Shown here in pieces: positions 38,850 through 51,669 of a stretch of 64,000 nucleotides of DNA. Location of the stretch: the NCBI RefSeq assembly GCF_001194135.2, contig NC_068994.1, positions 31,380,840-31,444,839 on the forward strand, written 5' to 3'. The first letter of the stretch is position 1. Every line of letters starts with the position of its first letter. Both the position numbers and the translations under genes were made by a program. The DNA is from Octopus bimaculoides. Its lineage: Eukaryota. Below the pieces are notes generated by a model. That model did not search any database. It saw only the letters and a program-made list of their open reading frames with translations, and was not told the DNA's origin.

Positions 38850-39960
38850 CCAACACAGAAGCTTGATCCAACAACTTGATACCTCTGTAATTATTTGTAT
38901 CTAAAGCGTCACCTTTACCTTTGTAGCAGTTGACTATGGTGCTGCTACACCAGTCATTGGGTATGAATCCTTTGTGTATCACCTGGTTGATTATACAGGT
39001 GACTAGGCTGTAGGTGACACTGCCAGATATTTTGAGCATCTCTACAGTGATTCCTGATGGGCCGGGGGGCTTTCCTTGTCTTCATATTCTTAATTGCTTT
39101 ATCTACCAAGGTACTGTCAACTCTGATAACTGGTCCCTCTGTTGGGTCGACATTCGGCAGACTCTCTTTCTCCCATTCATTCTCTTTATTAAGAAACCTT
39201 TCATAGTGGCATCTCCAAACCTCTCTTTGCAGCCTCGTTTAGTGCAAGTGAACCATCATCCATGTGGACACATTTCTTTCCTACGACATCACGATTCTCT
39301 CTCACACACTATCTTTCAACACAAAATACTTCAAGTCTTTGGTCCTCACGGCGCAGAACATTGGCAATTTTTTTTTTATCTGCTTCCCCTCTGGCTAAAT
39401 AAACCTGTCTTCTAGTTTCCCTTCTGGCAGTCTGATACAATTCTCTGCTACCACCGTTCTTTTGGTCTCTCCAAGCCTGTTTCTTTTCTCTAATAGCCCT
39501 GTTAACAACATTGTTCCACCACCACGTTATTTTGGGTCGAGAGGGGACTTTGCACCATCCATAGATCTGGTCAGTGGCCCTCAGTAGGTTGTCCTGTAGA
39601 AACCTCCAGTTGTCTTCTACATCGTGTGAAGCTATATCCCCTTCTATTTCGTCAAAGGCTTCGAGTAATATGTCTCTAAATCTCTGTCCATTCGAAAGAT
39701 CTTAAAGCTTCCAGACCCTTCTCCTCCATGCTGGTTGTCTTCTGGGCATCCACTTAACCCTGATCTTGAAATCACTAACTACCAGTCTATGTTGTAGGGT
39801 ACATTCTTTGCCTGGGAAGGTTCTGGCATTTATAAGCAGCCATCTTTCCCTTGTTCTGGCGAGGATGTAGTCAATTTGGCTAGTGTGTCTGCCAGAACAG
39901 TAGGTGACTAGGTGGTTTCCTGAACTTAGTATTGCAAACCATAAGATCATTTGCATTGCA
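38850..39960 (-). mobile_element. RTE-clade LINE fragment (endonuclease end to RT start)
   Basis: SQIDYIL...QHRLVVSDF, RVWKL, IPNDW..STIVNCYKGKGDALD..NYRGIKLL. Confidence 0.88.
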
Positions 39961-40181
39961 GAACTCCAGCAGCTTGGTTCCCTCCTCATTGCGGGAACCA
40001 ATATATATATATATATATGTATTGATATACAAATTTGGGGTAACCCCCCCCCCTTTTACCCGCTCCCATTTATTGCACTTGGTATAACACTAGTGTAGCA
40101 ATAATTGGGTACCCTCCCAGCAGTATATTGGATAGATACTATCCCTTAGTGGGTTGAATCCTCAACCCCTAACTCTCTCGC

Positions 40182-40221
<40 letters not shown>

Positions 40222-41654
40222 GTATATGTATATATATATGTATATGTATATATATATAATGTGTGTGTGTAGAGAGAGAGAGACAGACAGATATAGATAA
40301 ATGTGCACTTTTGAAAGAGGTCCATGCTCTGTAGTCTGGTGGCTCTGAGAAAAGTAGGTATATATGAAAAGCTTTTGAGAGATGTTTAAGCCAAATGCTG
40401 TGATGCTATCGGCAAGATGAGAATAGGCAATGAATGCAGTAATAAATTCAGTGTGCAAGTAGTTGTCCACCAGGGCTCAATTTTCAGTCCCTTGTCTTAA
40501 GGGAAAGATACATTGAATAATATAGTCATAGATACACTAAACCTGACCCATAAATTACTCAAGGTGGCCACAGCTTACCTTTTTTTTAATGGCTTAGTTG
40601 AAGAGGAAAGATAACATTTATGGCCCTTTATGGGGCTTACAAGACTGGTAGGAAGAAGGAAGTTATCCTCCAAATAGGTCTGAGATATTTTGGCACTGTT
40701 TATTTGGTATCACTGACTCAATGCTGACTTACTTGACATCAGACATTTTGATGTTTTTCTTCTCCATTCCACTCCCTGCTGTCTGTCTCTCTTTGTCTAT
40801 GTGTGTAAGCATATTTCTTTTAATGCATATGAGGAAATGGAAAGTGTTTATGTCAAACATGTTCAATTAATTGTAATGTCTCTCTCTCTCTCTCTTTCTG
40901 TCTGCATGTGTATATTTCTGTGCATGCATGTGTATGTCTGCCTCTATCCTCAAAAAGTACTATTGCCAAAACAGGTTGAATGTCCAATCAGTGCTGTACC
41001 AAATTGTCTGCATTCAAACATCTGTGCCAAAATATCTCATTCCATTCCACACTGGAGACTTGGCACAAGCAGAGGCAGGCAAGGGTCAGTAATAAAGGAT
41101 TTAGTCTACGAACTAAGAACAAGAATAGTTCCTCTGATGGACTTCTGCACAGCTCTTATATCCCAAATTTCATTCACAGGATTTGGTTGAACTGAAGTTT
41201 ATAGTTGAAAGCGCTTGCCCAAATTGCTGCTGCACAGAAGGATTGAATCTGAAACAAAGTTACAAAGCAAACTTCTTAATCACAAAGTTATATTTGTGCT
41301 TTGGTCATTGTCTCAATGTTCATCCATCTGTCTACTTGTTCATACAGACAGATGGAGTAATATGTTTTATAACCAGCATATTTGACATTTTCCAAATGTT
41401 GCTAAGATACAGTCATACTGAAGCTGATAATCAGATTATCAACTTAGTATAATCCATCTTAGAGAAAATTCAAATTTAAAAGAAAAAGCAACGTTAACAA
41501 TTTTTAACATATAAATGCAGGCATAGCCATGTAGTTAAAAAGTTCACTTCACTACTATATAGTGCTAGGTTCAATCCTAATGTGAAATACCCAGAGCAAA
41601 TGTACTCTACCAAAGCAAATGCAGCTTCGTAGAAAAAATCTGTTGCAGGTATGG

Positions 41655-42055
41655 CTAGGCACAAGTAGGGCTGTGTGGTGAGAGGTTTACTTCCCAACCA
41701 CATGTTTCCAGGTTCAGTCCCACTGTGTGGCACATTGGGCAAGTATCTTCTACTATTGCCTTGTTAGTGGATTTGGAAGCCAGAAAGTGAAAGAAGCCTG
41801 TTATATATATATATAATTGTATATATATATGTGTGTGCATGTATATGCATGTGCGAGTGTGTATGTCTTTGTGTTTGTCCCTACCACTGCTGGACAATCA
41901 GTGTTGGTTTCTTTACATCCCCATAACTGAGCAGTTCAGTAAAAGACACCAATAGAATAAGTGCCAAGCTTTAAAAATAAAAATAAGAACTGGTGTCAAG
42001 GCAGTACCTCAGCACGACTACAGTCCAGTGACTAAAACAAGTAAAAGATTAAAAG
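41655..42055 (+). mobile_element. SINE family A copy, preceded by a head fragment at about 41515-41640
   Basis: Colinear with 403-786 but diverged. Confidence 0.75.
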
Positions 42056-42758
42056 ATATACACACACACACCCTATTTGATAATGCATAAGTCACATGTC
42101 TTCCCCGCAAAATTTACCCTTGGTCTTATATGCATAGTTGGGCCTCCTATAAGCTAATTTTGTCCCCAATGCATACTTTCTCCTGAATATGGGCTGCTAA
42201 ACTTGGGGTGTATCTAATATACCCAACAAATACAGTATTAAAAAAAAATATGTAGTAGTGCTCAAATGAATTTGAACTTAAACTCTAAATTCTTCATCCA
42301 GAACTGGATTCATGGTGTCAAGTGTGGCTATAAGAGAAATCTATGGTGAGCTGATATGGAGGTAGTGATGCAGATAAACAGTTAGGCTCAACATACACAC
42401 ACGTACACAGAAAGAAAGAAAGAAAGAAATGGATGGATGGATACCTTGCACCTGCAACACATTGATGGAATCATATGGGTGCTGTCGTGACATATGGCTT
42501 ATGTAGAGCATTTTTTAGACCTAGCAGACCCCATCCTCTTAAGGTCTGATTGACCCTACTACATGATCAGGGTTTTTCATTTGGTGCCTCCCAAGACGTT
42601 TTGCAAAACAAAGCAGACCTCAGCAGGAGTTGAACTCTGAGCATGAAGGGCTGAAATGATTATTGCAAAGAAATCTATCTGATATTCTAATGACACTGCC
42701 ACTTGGCCACCTCTGTATATATTTATCTTACACACACACACATATATGAACGTGTATG

Positions 42759-42796
<38 letters not shown>

Positions 42797-43011
42797 CNNN
42801 NNNNNNNNNNNNNNNNNNNNNNNNNNNNNNNNNNNNNNNNNNNNNNNNNNNNNNNNNNNNNNNNNNNNNNNNNNNNNNNNNNNNNNNNNNNNNNNNNNNN
42901 NNNNNNNNNNNNNNNNNNNNNNNNNNNNNNNNNNNNNNNNNNNNNNNNNNNNNNNNNNNNNNNNNNNNNNNNNNNNNNNNNNNNNNNNNNNNNNNNNNNN
43001 NNNNNNNNNNN

Positions 43012-43044
<33 letters not shown>

Positions 43045-44053
43045 AATTAGTCTTTAAAAATAAATTGAGGAAAAGAGAAAAACATGTAGAAAGCTGCTAA
43101 TTTGTTCTCTAATTTATCATTTGCTGACATCTGCTTGCTGAGATTTCGATTAATTTCTCTAAGAAGAATTTCTGGAGACAACGAGACAAATGGGATTTGA
43201 CATTATAAACTTCAGCATTACAAACTTTAGCAACGTACACGAAATGCGGTTGTCACCAGGAATCGAAACTACATGGAACTGCTCTGTTATCTGCTTTTCC
43301 TTCGACGTTTCAACTATGTTACTAACGTTGTAATGTAATTATGAAGATGCCATTTTCTCGTAGAAATTAATGCCAATCTATTGTTTGAAATTATTATTAT
43401 TTTTTTAAAATTAAAGCGATATGATTGCAAGAATTAAAGTTTTTGATTCTCAGAATGGTTGATTTAACCATGTTTAGTTTCAATTTTAGTTTGCACGCAT
43501 TCAGATAATGCAACGATTGATTGAAACGAACCATACAACCGTGGAGATTTTACACAATAAATTAAGTTTCCGGTGGGAGGACTGGTGCTGGTACAACCTA
43601 GCTTCAATAGTTTCTTCCATTTTTGTCCATATGTCACGATTTTCTCGTCATCAAACGTATAAATCGAAAAACATTTACATTTGGTATTGATATAAGGTAC
43701 CGTACACATCACATATAAATAAATAAATAAAAAATAAACTATTTTGAGCCATAACAAGCGTGCACTGGTCTTATACACTTACATCATTATAACACATACA
43801 AAAACAATACAGAAATATACATACATATATGTATGTATGTATGTACATACACACAAAAAGATACATATATGAATGCATACATACATATATACACGGGTAT
43901 GTGTGAGTGTGTGTGTACGCTCACGCGCTTACACGCGCTCAGATAATGTAGAGAAAAGGAAACATACACAAAAAGGAAATTATAACTATATGTGTGCGTG
44001 TGTGTGCATGCATGCGAGGGAGAGAATGTGTATAAAATACTACATATATACAT

Positions 44054-44090
<37 letters not shown>

Positions 44091-44100
44091 NNNNNNNNNN

Positions 44101-44144
<44 letters not shown>

Positions 44145-45436
44145 AACACTGACTGCATCCAGTGTTGTTAACAATGATGATAATGATATAATGTTTTACA
44201 TAGGCACAAGGCCATGGATTTAAAGATGTGAGGGAATGAGATTGTATGATGTTCATGCATTTTATCCTGATAACAATGAAAGCAATAACGGCAAAGACGA
44301 AATATAGTCGAAGATGAACTTACACGCTGCAAACATCATCTGATAATGGATTTTTTCTTTTTCCTTACACAACTGAAAGAATACTTCCGTAGTATTCCCC
44401 CTATATAATACGGATGACCAAAAGTGCCACATGTTTTATAACTTGCCAACATCAAAAATGCTCCGTGTTGTGGATTTTATTTATTTTTGCTTTTATTCAT
44501 TTTTGTAGGGTAATCTTGATATTAGAGAATAATAATGATAATATTAGTGGTAATGGTCTTTATGATGTTAAACGAAATTGTGATGCTGATGATGGTGCTG
44601 ATGTATGCTATAGAGTGATGTTGAAGATAATAATAGTGATGGAGACATGGGAGTTTTGGCGATTATGAGCATTTATTAGTGAGAATGAAATTGTTTGACT
44701 GTAGGCCTGTCCACATTGAGCAGACTTGCGATAAAAGACGCTCTATCCGTGACAATTCTGTCATTTTCGAGTATTTGTATATTTAAGACAATATTATCCA
44801 ATGCGACTGTGCTTTTCTTTTAAAATATGGCATAAAATCATTTACAGGAAATTTGGCTAATGTTCCAAATTATCTTGTTGACGATATTAGACATGTTATG
44901 CATGTAAATGTAATCATGTTGATAGTGATGATGGTTGTGGGGTTAATTATATCAAAAAGTGATGCGGGGGATTGTGATGGTTACGGTGTTTGTAAGTTAA
45001 ACCATTCCCTGGATATCCAGTGATCAAGTCTATAATAAATATTTAAGCTACATGCATACATATATATTGAAATCATGTGTAACATTGACATGAATGTGAA
45101 GTGGATGAACGGAAATGAAGTCGAGGTTTCAATTGTTCATGCAATGTTTGTGGTTTACGATAAACATCTGACAGGCGAAGGAACAGAATTTTATTGTTTA
45201 TTTTATTTATTTATTATTATCGATTATGTTGTTGTTGTTGTTTTTTATAATAGAGTTTATCACAGATATTTCTCGCTACAATTCTCCATCTTTTCATATT
45301 TGCCAGATCGTGTCGTCAAGTCTAACAAGCCGATTGCTGAAGAGCTGCTGACGTGCCGCTTGACTACGTTCCTACTTCTTTCCATCTGCTGCCCATTGTT
45401 TTTGTCATTTTTTGAGGGACCTTATATAGGTTAGGT

Positions 45437-45748
45437 CAGTGGTTCCCAAACTTTTTAGAGACGCGACCCACTATTTATGACACCAGTTTATGGCGACCCA
45501 CTTAACTCTACTGGGTAAAAACATTAATGAAAGAAACAAATTTATTTCAGATTACGCTCAATAATAGAATTTAAAAAGCCTAATGCTTGATAAAACAACC
45601 AGTCTGGTATTGAAAACATGAGTCTTGAACTATCTCGATAGACAGCAGTTAATCAAAGCTAACGCGTAATTTTATAACTTTTTGCGACCCACTAAGATTC
45701 CGTTCGAGACCCATCAGTGGGTCGTGACTCATAGTTTGGGACCCACTT
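45437..45748. mobile_element. hAT (Charlie-like) MITE
   Basis: TIRs CAGTGGTTCCCAAACT / AGTTTGGGACCCACTT and an 8 bp TSD GGTTAGGT / GATTAGGT; internal gcgaccca repeats. Confidence 0.88.
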
Positions 45749-45839
45749 GATTAGGTCATAGACACAAAAATAAAAAAACATAACACGAGTTTTAACAAAT
45801 GTATTTGTTTAACGACCATGATTCTGCCCCACCAGGTCA

Positions 45840-47700
45840 CAGAGGGGGAAAACCAACCACTATCACCTCAGCAGATTCAGGGTGCAGCTATTGGTGTCGG
45901 TGTAGCTGGAGATGTGACAGGCCTCTTCATGACCTGGTGGGACAGAAAACTTAAGCAATCCTTAACAGAACAGTGCACAACTCTTCTACTCTACAGTAGG
46001 TATATAGATGACATTAATATCATAGTTAAGACCAACTCTAGTAACAGTAACGTAGAAACTGAGAGGAATGTAATAGAGAGCATCCAGCAAGTAGCGAACT
46101 CCATCCACCAAAGTATCAAGGTAACAATAGATTACCACACTAGGTACCCCAACAATAGACTCCCCATCCTTGATACTGAACTTTGGTTAGAGACTGTTGT
46201 AAAAGCTAACACTTCATTTCTCCAAGTTCAGATTCGAAACCAAATCTAAAGATTCTCGCTTGTCTGAGCCACCACTGACCAAACAGGCATGAAAGAAATT
46301 TTCTTTGTCCTGTCAAAAAACGATAGATCGTCTCCCTTCGACCTCCGAGCTCAGTCATGTCAGGCGAAGTTCAAATGGACAGGAGCTAACCTATTTAGAC
46401 ACAATCTCTCCCGCAGTATGTCTGTCCTTCTAGCTTCCACAATGGGTTATAAATACTGTGGTCAGCAAAGGGACAGACAGAAAGGATCTGGACGCAGATA
46501 GAGCGCACGAGATAACCGACCAGTATTTTCTCAGATGAACAAAGCACACACAAACACAAAACATAATCAGCTTTTACTCTAGCATATCCACAGATGAATC
46601 CTGTTGAATTCTTTGCCCGCTCGAAGCAGTTGGCAACAAATAAATGTAGTGAAAACTTGTATATACCACCAGCAAATGCAAATTCCATAAATAAATTATT
46701 TAAGCTATAAATCGATGTCATTCCATTATTTACTTCAAAGGCATCCACATTCCTATTGCATCTGTTTACCTCAATACATTCTGATACACCTTTTCCACTA
46801 CACTGTGAACAATAGAGTGCAGCTCCTCCACTCCTATTACATGAAACCCATAGCTTCGAAATATGTTGTTCACAAGACCTCAGCTTTGTCACACAACATG
46901 GAAATTAACATACTGATAGCAGACTTAGGATAATGAACTACATGTCCCCACTATGCAAACCCTATGAAATGAAGAAACATGTACAGAACTTTATGCACCA
47001 CATGCGATTCTCTGGAAATGATCAGAAAGATAGGGTTCAAGTATACAGAGGTGCTAGAAAGAAGTTAGATAACATTACATGTAATGATACCAGTGGTACC
47101 TGTCCTAGATATAGAAACAAAGACTGGAATAGGATACAAAGAACTTATGACAAAGCAAATAGGGTGAACATGCGGTATAAAACTGACAAATATCAAAGAG
47201 TGATGTTTGTAGAGGCCACAGCCCATGGAGAACTAGCCCGTAGATTTAGGAAAGCTCTGAAAGAGACCAAACTCAACATTAAGATTGTTGAAAAACCAGG
47301 GAGCTCCGTCAGATCACAATTATGTAGGACGTACCCCTTTGAGAATACCATATGCACCAATGATAACACCATGCTATGTAGGATTAGCCTTGGCATTAAC
47401 TGAAGAACTAGAAATGTAGTTTACAGCATAAGATGCATAGAAGATGCTTAAAAAGACATGAACATGACATACATAGGGGAGACATCTAGGAGCATTGCGG
47501 AATGATTAAATGAACATTTGAAACAATATGACGACAAAAAACAGTCTTCCATACTCTACCAAACATGCCAAGGACCAACATGGAGGCAACCTGGGTCAAC
47601 TTGACATCCGCATTTTATCCAAGCACCCAAAGGACCCAACACTCAGACAAATACAGGAGTACGTCCTCATAAATGAAATATCCCCAGTACTAAATAATGT
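45840..47700 (+). mobile_element. Penelope-like element (Naiad/Neptune-like), 5' truncated and decayed, RT plus GIY-YIG
   Basis: Q..GAAIG...AG.....M.WWD, RYIDD, LPILDTELW, MFVEAT..GELA, RNVVYSI.C...YIGETSRSI..L.EH. Interrupted by a solo LTR. Confidence 0.88.
46198..46802 (+). mobile_element. Solo LTR (605 bp)
   Basis: Begins TGTAA and ends CTACA, with a 4 bp TSD CTGT (46194-46197 and 46803-46806). Removing it restores the PLE frame WLETVNNRVQLLHSYYMKP. Contains TATAAATA and AATAAA. Confidence 0.85.
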
Positions 47701-48468
47701 AGTAGATGTCATTCCCCCATATCCACAGGTAGAGTAGAATAGTTAGTGGGCTGTTATGTAGATAGATGTATATATGTGTGAGTGTGGGTGAGTGCATATG
47801 TGTATATGTATATGCACATGTCTGTAGGCATATGGATATGGATGTAAACAGATAGACATACAGATGGATAGTATATAGGTTATATGAACAGACAAGCACA
47901 CATACACAAATGAAGACTGAAACACATGACCATATATACACACACACTTCACTTCACACAAGGACACATATGGAGATACACGTCCATACATACAGACACA
48001 GTACATAGTTGAACCCCCCACACACACACACACTCGGACATGCATGCACAAGGAGACAGAGGTACACACACACACACACACACACACACATAAAAACACA
48101 CAAACACATGAATATGCAGGCAGAATACATGCATACAAACGTACACATATATATACATGCATACATACATACATACATGTGTATGCACACACACACACAC
48201 AAGTGCACAAACAAACAAAAAGAACGCAGCTTCAATAATGGACAGAGTCAACAACTATTGAAAAGGTTGCAAGACAACGAAAATTTTAGAAAAATAAATA
48301 AGTAAATGAGTGGAAATTTTACCAGTGAGTGTGTTAAATTATAAGGTACTAAAAGAGAATGACTCTTCCTAGACACAACAGAATATGCTTCAACACATGA
48401 ACTCACATAAAGAATCTTGCAAACCAAATCCAAAAACGAAATTAGTTTAACACTTAAAAGGTAAAGAA

Positions 48469-48504
48469 TCTTGGCGCTTCAGACACAAGTCCTTCATCAG
48501 AAAA
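48469..48504 (-). ncRNA. Degenerate minimal hammerhead motif
   Basis: Minus strand CTGATGA-a-GGAC-ttgt-GTCT-GAAG-CGCC; GAAA and the cleavage triplet are mutated. Confidence 0.4.
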
Positions 48505-49229
48505 AAAATAAAAGAATGAGAACAGAAGGTAGGGAAAAGGAAAACAAAATGATAAAAGGTGGTTGGAAAAGAAAATATAGCTTAGGGGCTAGGTAAGAAT
48601 GAAGTTCTATGTCAAGAAGGAAGATTAGGAAGGAAGGGTGCCATCTACATGGTTGGTTCATCTTCTGCTTGATGTAATCAAGTGCTTTTGTGATTTTAAA
48701 TGGTCAATTTCTTTTGCTGATGTCAATCACTCCATCTGTCTGTTGAAAAGTTATTGGTCAATTTCTTCATGATGACATCAGGTCAAGTTGTGATAAAACA
48801 TTCCTAATCTGAAGTAATGAGTCCCAGGTTCAAATTTTAAGTAGAGACTTACTCTAGATGTAAGAATCTGTAGATGCAAAGAAATATCTCAAAAGATTAT
48901 TAAAGATTGTGGTTGTTATTGTTTAGCCCCTGCCTAAACAAAATGCCACTAAGCACTTTGCTCAGTATGCTAACGATTCTGCAAGCTTGCCACTCTATTC
49001 AAGGTAAATATTGAGACCGGGAGCGAAAGTTTGTTATTTAGTTGCCAGGCAACCCTAAACAAGAAGACTCTGATCAAAGTCAAATTCTAGTGATGACCAT
49101 CCTACACTTTATCTTAGGTATAGTTTATCTAAGACAACAGTGTCCATTGTGTTTTTCCATTTTTAAGGAAGCTTTGACAAATATTTAACTGCTTTTGCAA
49201 GGTAATTGTTTAATTCTCAGCCTGATGGA

Positions 49230-49930
49230 TACCTATGTACACAAGGACTTATATACACCAGTGTGTATACAAGATCTGACATATTGTGATGTGTACTGAT
49301 GTATATCTAGTGTGTATACAAGTTCTGATATATACTGTTATATACCAGTGTATATACAAAGTCTGCACATTATGGATGTAGACAGTTGCATACAGAAGTG
49401 CTGATCACTTAAAGTGGAAACTTGTTGAAGAGGGAGACCCAGGAAGACATGGGATAAAGTACTGAAAGCTAATCTCGAGACAATGAGCCTTACAAAGGAT
49501 ATGACAAAAGGCCAAGATATCTGGCACCTAGCTGTACTCAAGAACCATCCACCACAACAGGATTGATACTGGTTCTGGTATCACATGAAAAACACTCATG
49601 TTGGTGCCATGTTAAAAGTACTGATGCTAGTATCACAGAAAAAATATCCAGGGCACTCTGGGTGGCATTAGGAAGGGCATCCAGTTATAGAAACCATGCC
49701 AGAAAAGACAATGAAATCTGGTGCAACTCTCAGCCTTACCAGCTGTTCTACCCATGCCAGCATGGAAAACAGGCCTTAAATGATGATGATGATGATGATG
49801 ATGATGTATACCAGTGCATGTACAAGATATAATGTATACTGATATATACCAGTGTGTATACAAGGTCTGATACATACTGATGTACACCAGTGTTTATACA
49901 AGAGCTGATGTGTACTAGAAATAACTGTGC
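49230..49930. repeat. Minisatellite (~37 bp unit) interrupted by an RTE 3' end
   Basis: The unit tactgatgtacaccagtgtgtatacaaggtctgat recurs on both sides of 49372-49803. Confidence 0.7.
49372..49803 (+). mobile_element. RTE LINE 3' end (ORF end, 3' UTR and (GAT)n tail)
   Basis: GRPRKTWD-like codons followed by ggaagggcatccag...catgccagcatggaaaac...(GAT)n. Confidence 0.82.
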
Positions 49931-49959
49931 AATCAAAAAGAGCACTGAAAATGTAAGCA

Positions 49960-50340
49960 CACATTTAGGATGTGTGCTTTAATACCACTTTCCCATGCTG
50001 GCATGCATCAGTCAGAATTTGTGAGGCAGATTTTCTACAGCTGGATGCCCTTCATACTGCCAACTCTTATCTGTTTCCAAGAAACATATTTCCAGGCTTG
50101 TATGATGTTGGTGCTCATTTACAACCATCACATGACGTCTAGACAAGGGCATACAAACACACACACATGCATGTATATTTATATGGCAGGCTTCTTTCAG
50201 TTTCTGTGTACCAAATCCACTCACAAGATTTTGGTTGGCCTGGGCCTATAGTAAAGGACATTTGCCTAAAGTGCCACGCAGTGGGACTGAACCCAAGGCT
50301 TGATGGTTGGGAAACTTCTTAACCATACAACCATGCCTGC
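49960..50340 (-). mobile_element. SINE with family A head and RTE-type tail
   Basis: Same architecture as 37745-38100, on the minus strand. Confidence 0.72.
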
Positions 50341-50346
50341 ACCTTG

Positions 50347-50531
50347 ACCATATCCAACCTGTTTTATGTTCAAACTGGCCAAATCTGGCCTTTCACACCT
50401 ACCCAACAGTGCCATTCTAAAAATATACAATCACATCATTGAGATCACAAAGTTACAATATAATGCATGATTAATTCAAAACAATGTAAATAAATAAAGA
50501 TTGCAATTGAAGTATTCTTAATGATAAAGGG
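50347..50531. mobile_element. piggyBac-type MITE, one end missing
   Basis: Homologous to 27080-27288; ends AAAGGG followed by TTAA. Confidence 0.7.
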
Positions 50532-50554
50532 TTAAATCAACTGCAGTACTTGAC

Positions 50555-51090
50555 CGGTACGGATCTTTCTGATTTGGCGGGCACCATTTTTTATTTAGGT
50601 TTTATTTAGTGTGTTTTCTACCAAAACACTTTAAAACTTCATGTACTTGTATATTTTGTCTTATAGAACAGAGAAAAATTTTTATATTCGAAGTTATTTC
50701 ATGTTAAAAGTTGTATTTCAGTAATTTCAACCAATCACTGACGTCTATTGAGGTGAAAACAATTACTGCTGTGGATTGTCAACAAAACGTTGTGCAGTGT
50801 AATGGGATCTTTTCCCTTGAATAAAATTAGTGCTGTTGTTTGTCAACAACAACTATCGGCAATACTGTTATTTATGACATCATTCGTGCGTTTGTATTGG
50901 TTTTAGCTTTAGGGTTTTAGGGTTAGGGTTAGGGTTTTAGAGTTAGGGTTAGGGTTCGGGTTTTAGGGTTAGGGTTTGGGTTTTAGAGTTAGGGTTAGGG
51001 TTCGGGTTATGAGTATTTTTGCCAAATTTGGTGAAGATCTGTTCAATATACCGCCACAAATTTTTCACCAAATTTGGCAAAAATACTAGA
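50555..51090 (+). mobile_element. Helentron/HINE-like non-autonomous element with a TTAGGG-variant array
   Basis: Subterminal inverted motif atttggcgg / ccgccacaaat, degenerate (TTAGGG/TTTTAGGG)n at about 50908-51008, and a perfect 24 bp hairpin (51012-51035 / 51064-51087). Confidence 0.6.
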
Positions 51091-51280
51091 GGTCCATCAC
51101 TATCACATTTTTCCCCATTCTTTTTCTAGTGTTGTATAATATATATACTTCCCTTCTTCTAATGTATAACGTGTATACTTTTCATTTTATCATTCCATTA
51201 TATTTAAATGCCCATACTTTATGCCTGTCCTTGTATTGTCCTCCTCATCCTTCGCCCTGGTGGCAAATAAAAGAAATCAT

Positions 51281-51636
51281 TATTACCTCCGCCTTAGCGA
51301 AGGTGGAGGTATTGTTTTCAGTTGTGTTTGTTTGTTTGTCTATGGACAAGACATCTCAAGAACAGCTGGATGGATTCGGATGAAACTTTCAGGGATGTTG
51401 GGCCTCGTGACTGGCATGAACTGATTAAATTTTGGGATCAATCTGATGCTGGACAAGGATTCTAGATTTTTTTCTGTTTTTTTTTTTACTTAATTTTTAA
51501 GAGTGATTGGGTTCATTTTTAGTATTCTTATTTGTGAGAGCAGTCAAGTTTATTTCAGATATTTGCATTTTAAAAATCATCTCTGGCTAATTGTTGGTGT
51601 TGCCTTAGCAGAGGTTTGCGCTCTCTGAGTGCTCTT
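51281..51636 (+). mobile_element. Helentron/HINE-like short element
   Basis: 5' hairpin TACCTCCGCC...GGTGGAGGTA, a (TGTT)n tract, and 3' end gaggtttgcgctctctgagtgct. Confidence 0.65.
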
Positions 51637-51669
51637 ATTATCATGATCATTATTATTATTATTACTATT

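Noticed and set aside
42080-42240. Possible pogo/Tc1-type MITE end (...aatacagta), with a similar hint at about 1255-1320
   Set aside because: Only one degenerate TIR is visible in each case, with no matching partner or TSD.
43200-43790. CpG-retaining unique segment as promoter or first exon of zinc-finger gene 2 (also a TATA-like site at about 45424-45431 on the minus strand)
   Set aside because: Plausible, but there are no decisive motifs or linked splice sites; it needs CAGE or RNA-seq.
50908-51008. TTAGGG array as a true telomere or chromosome-fusion scar
   Set aside because: It is short, degenerate and embedded in a hairpin-ended element; there is no head-to-head perfect array.
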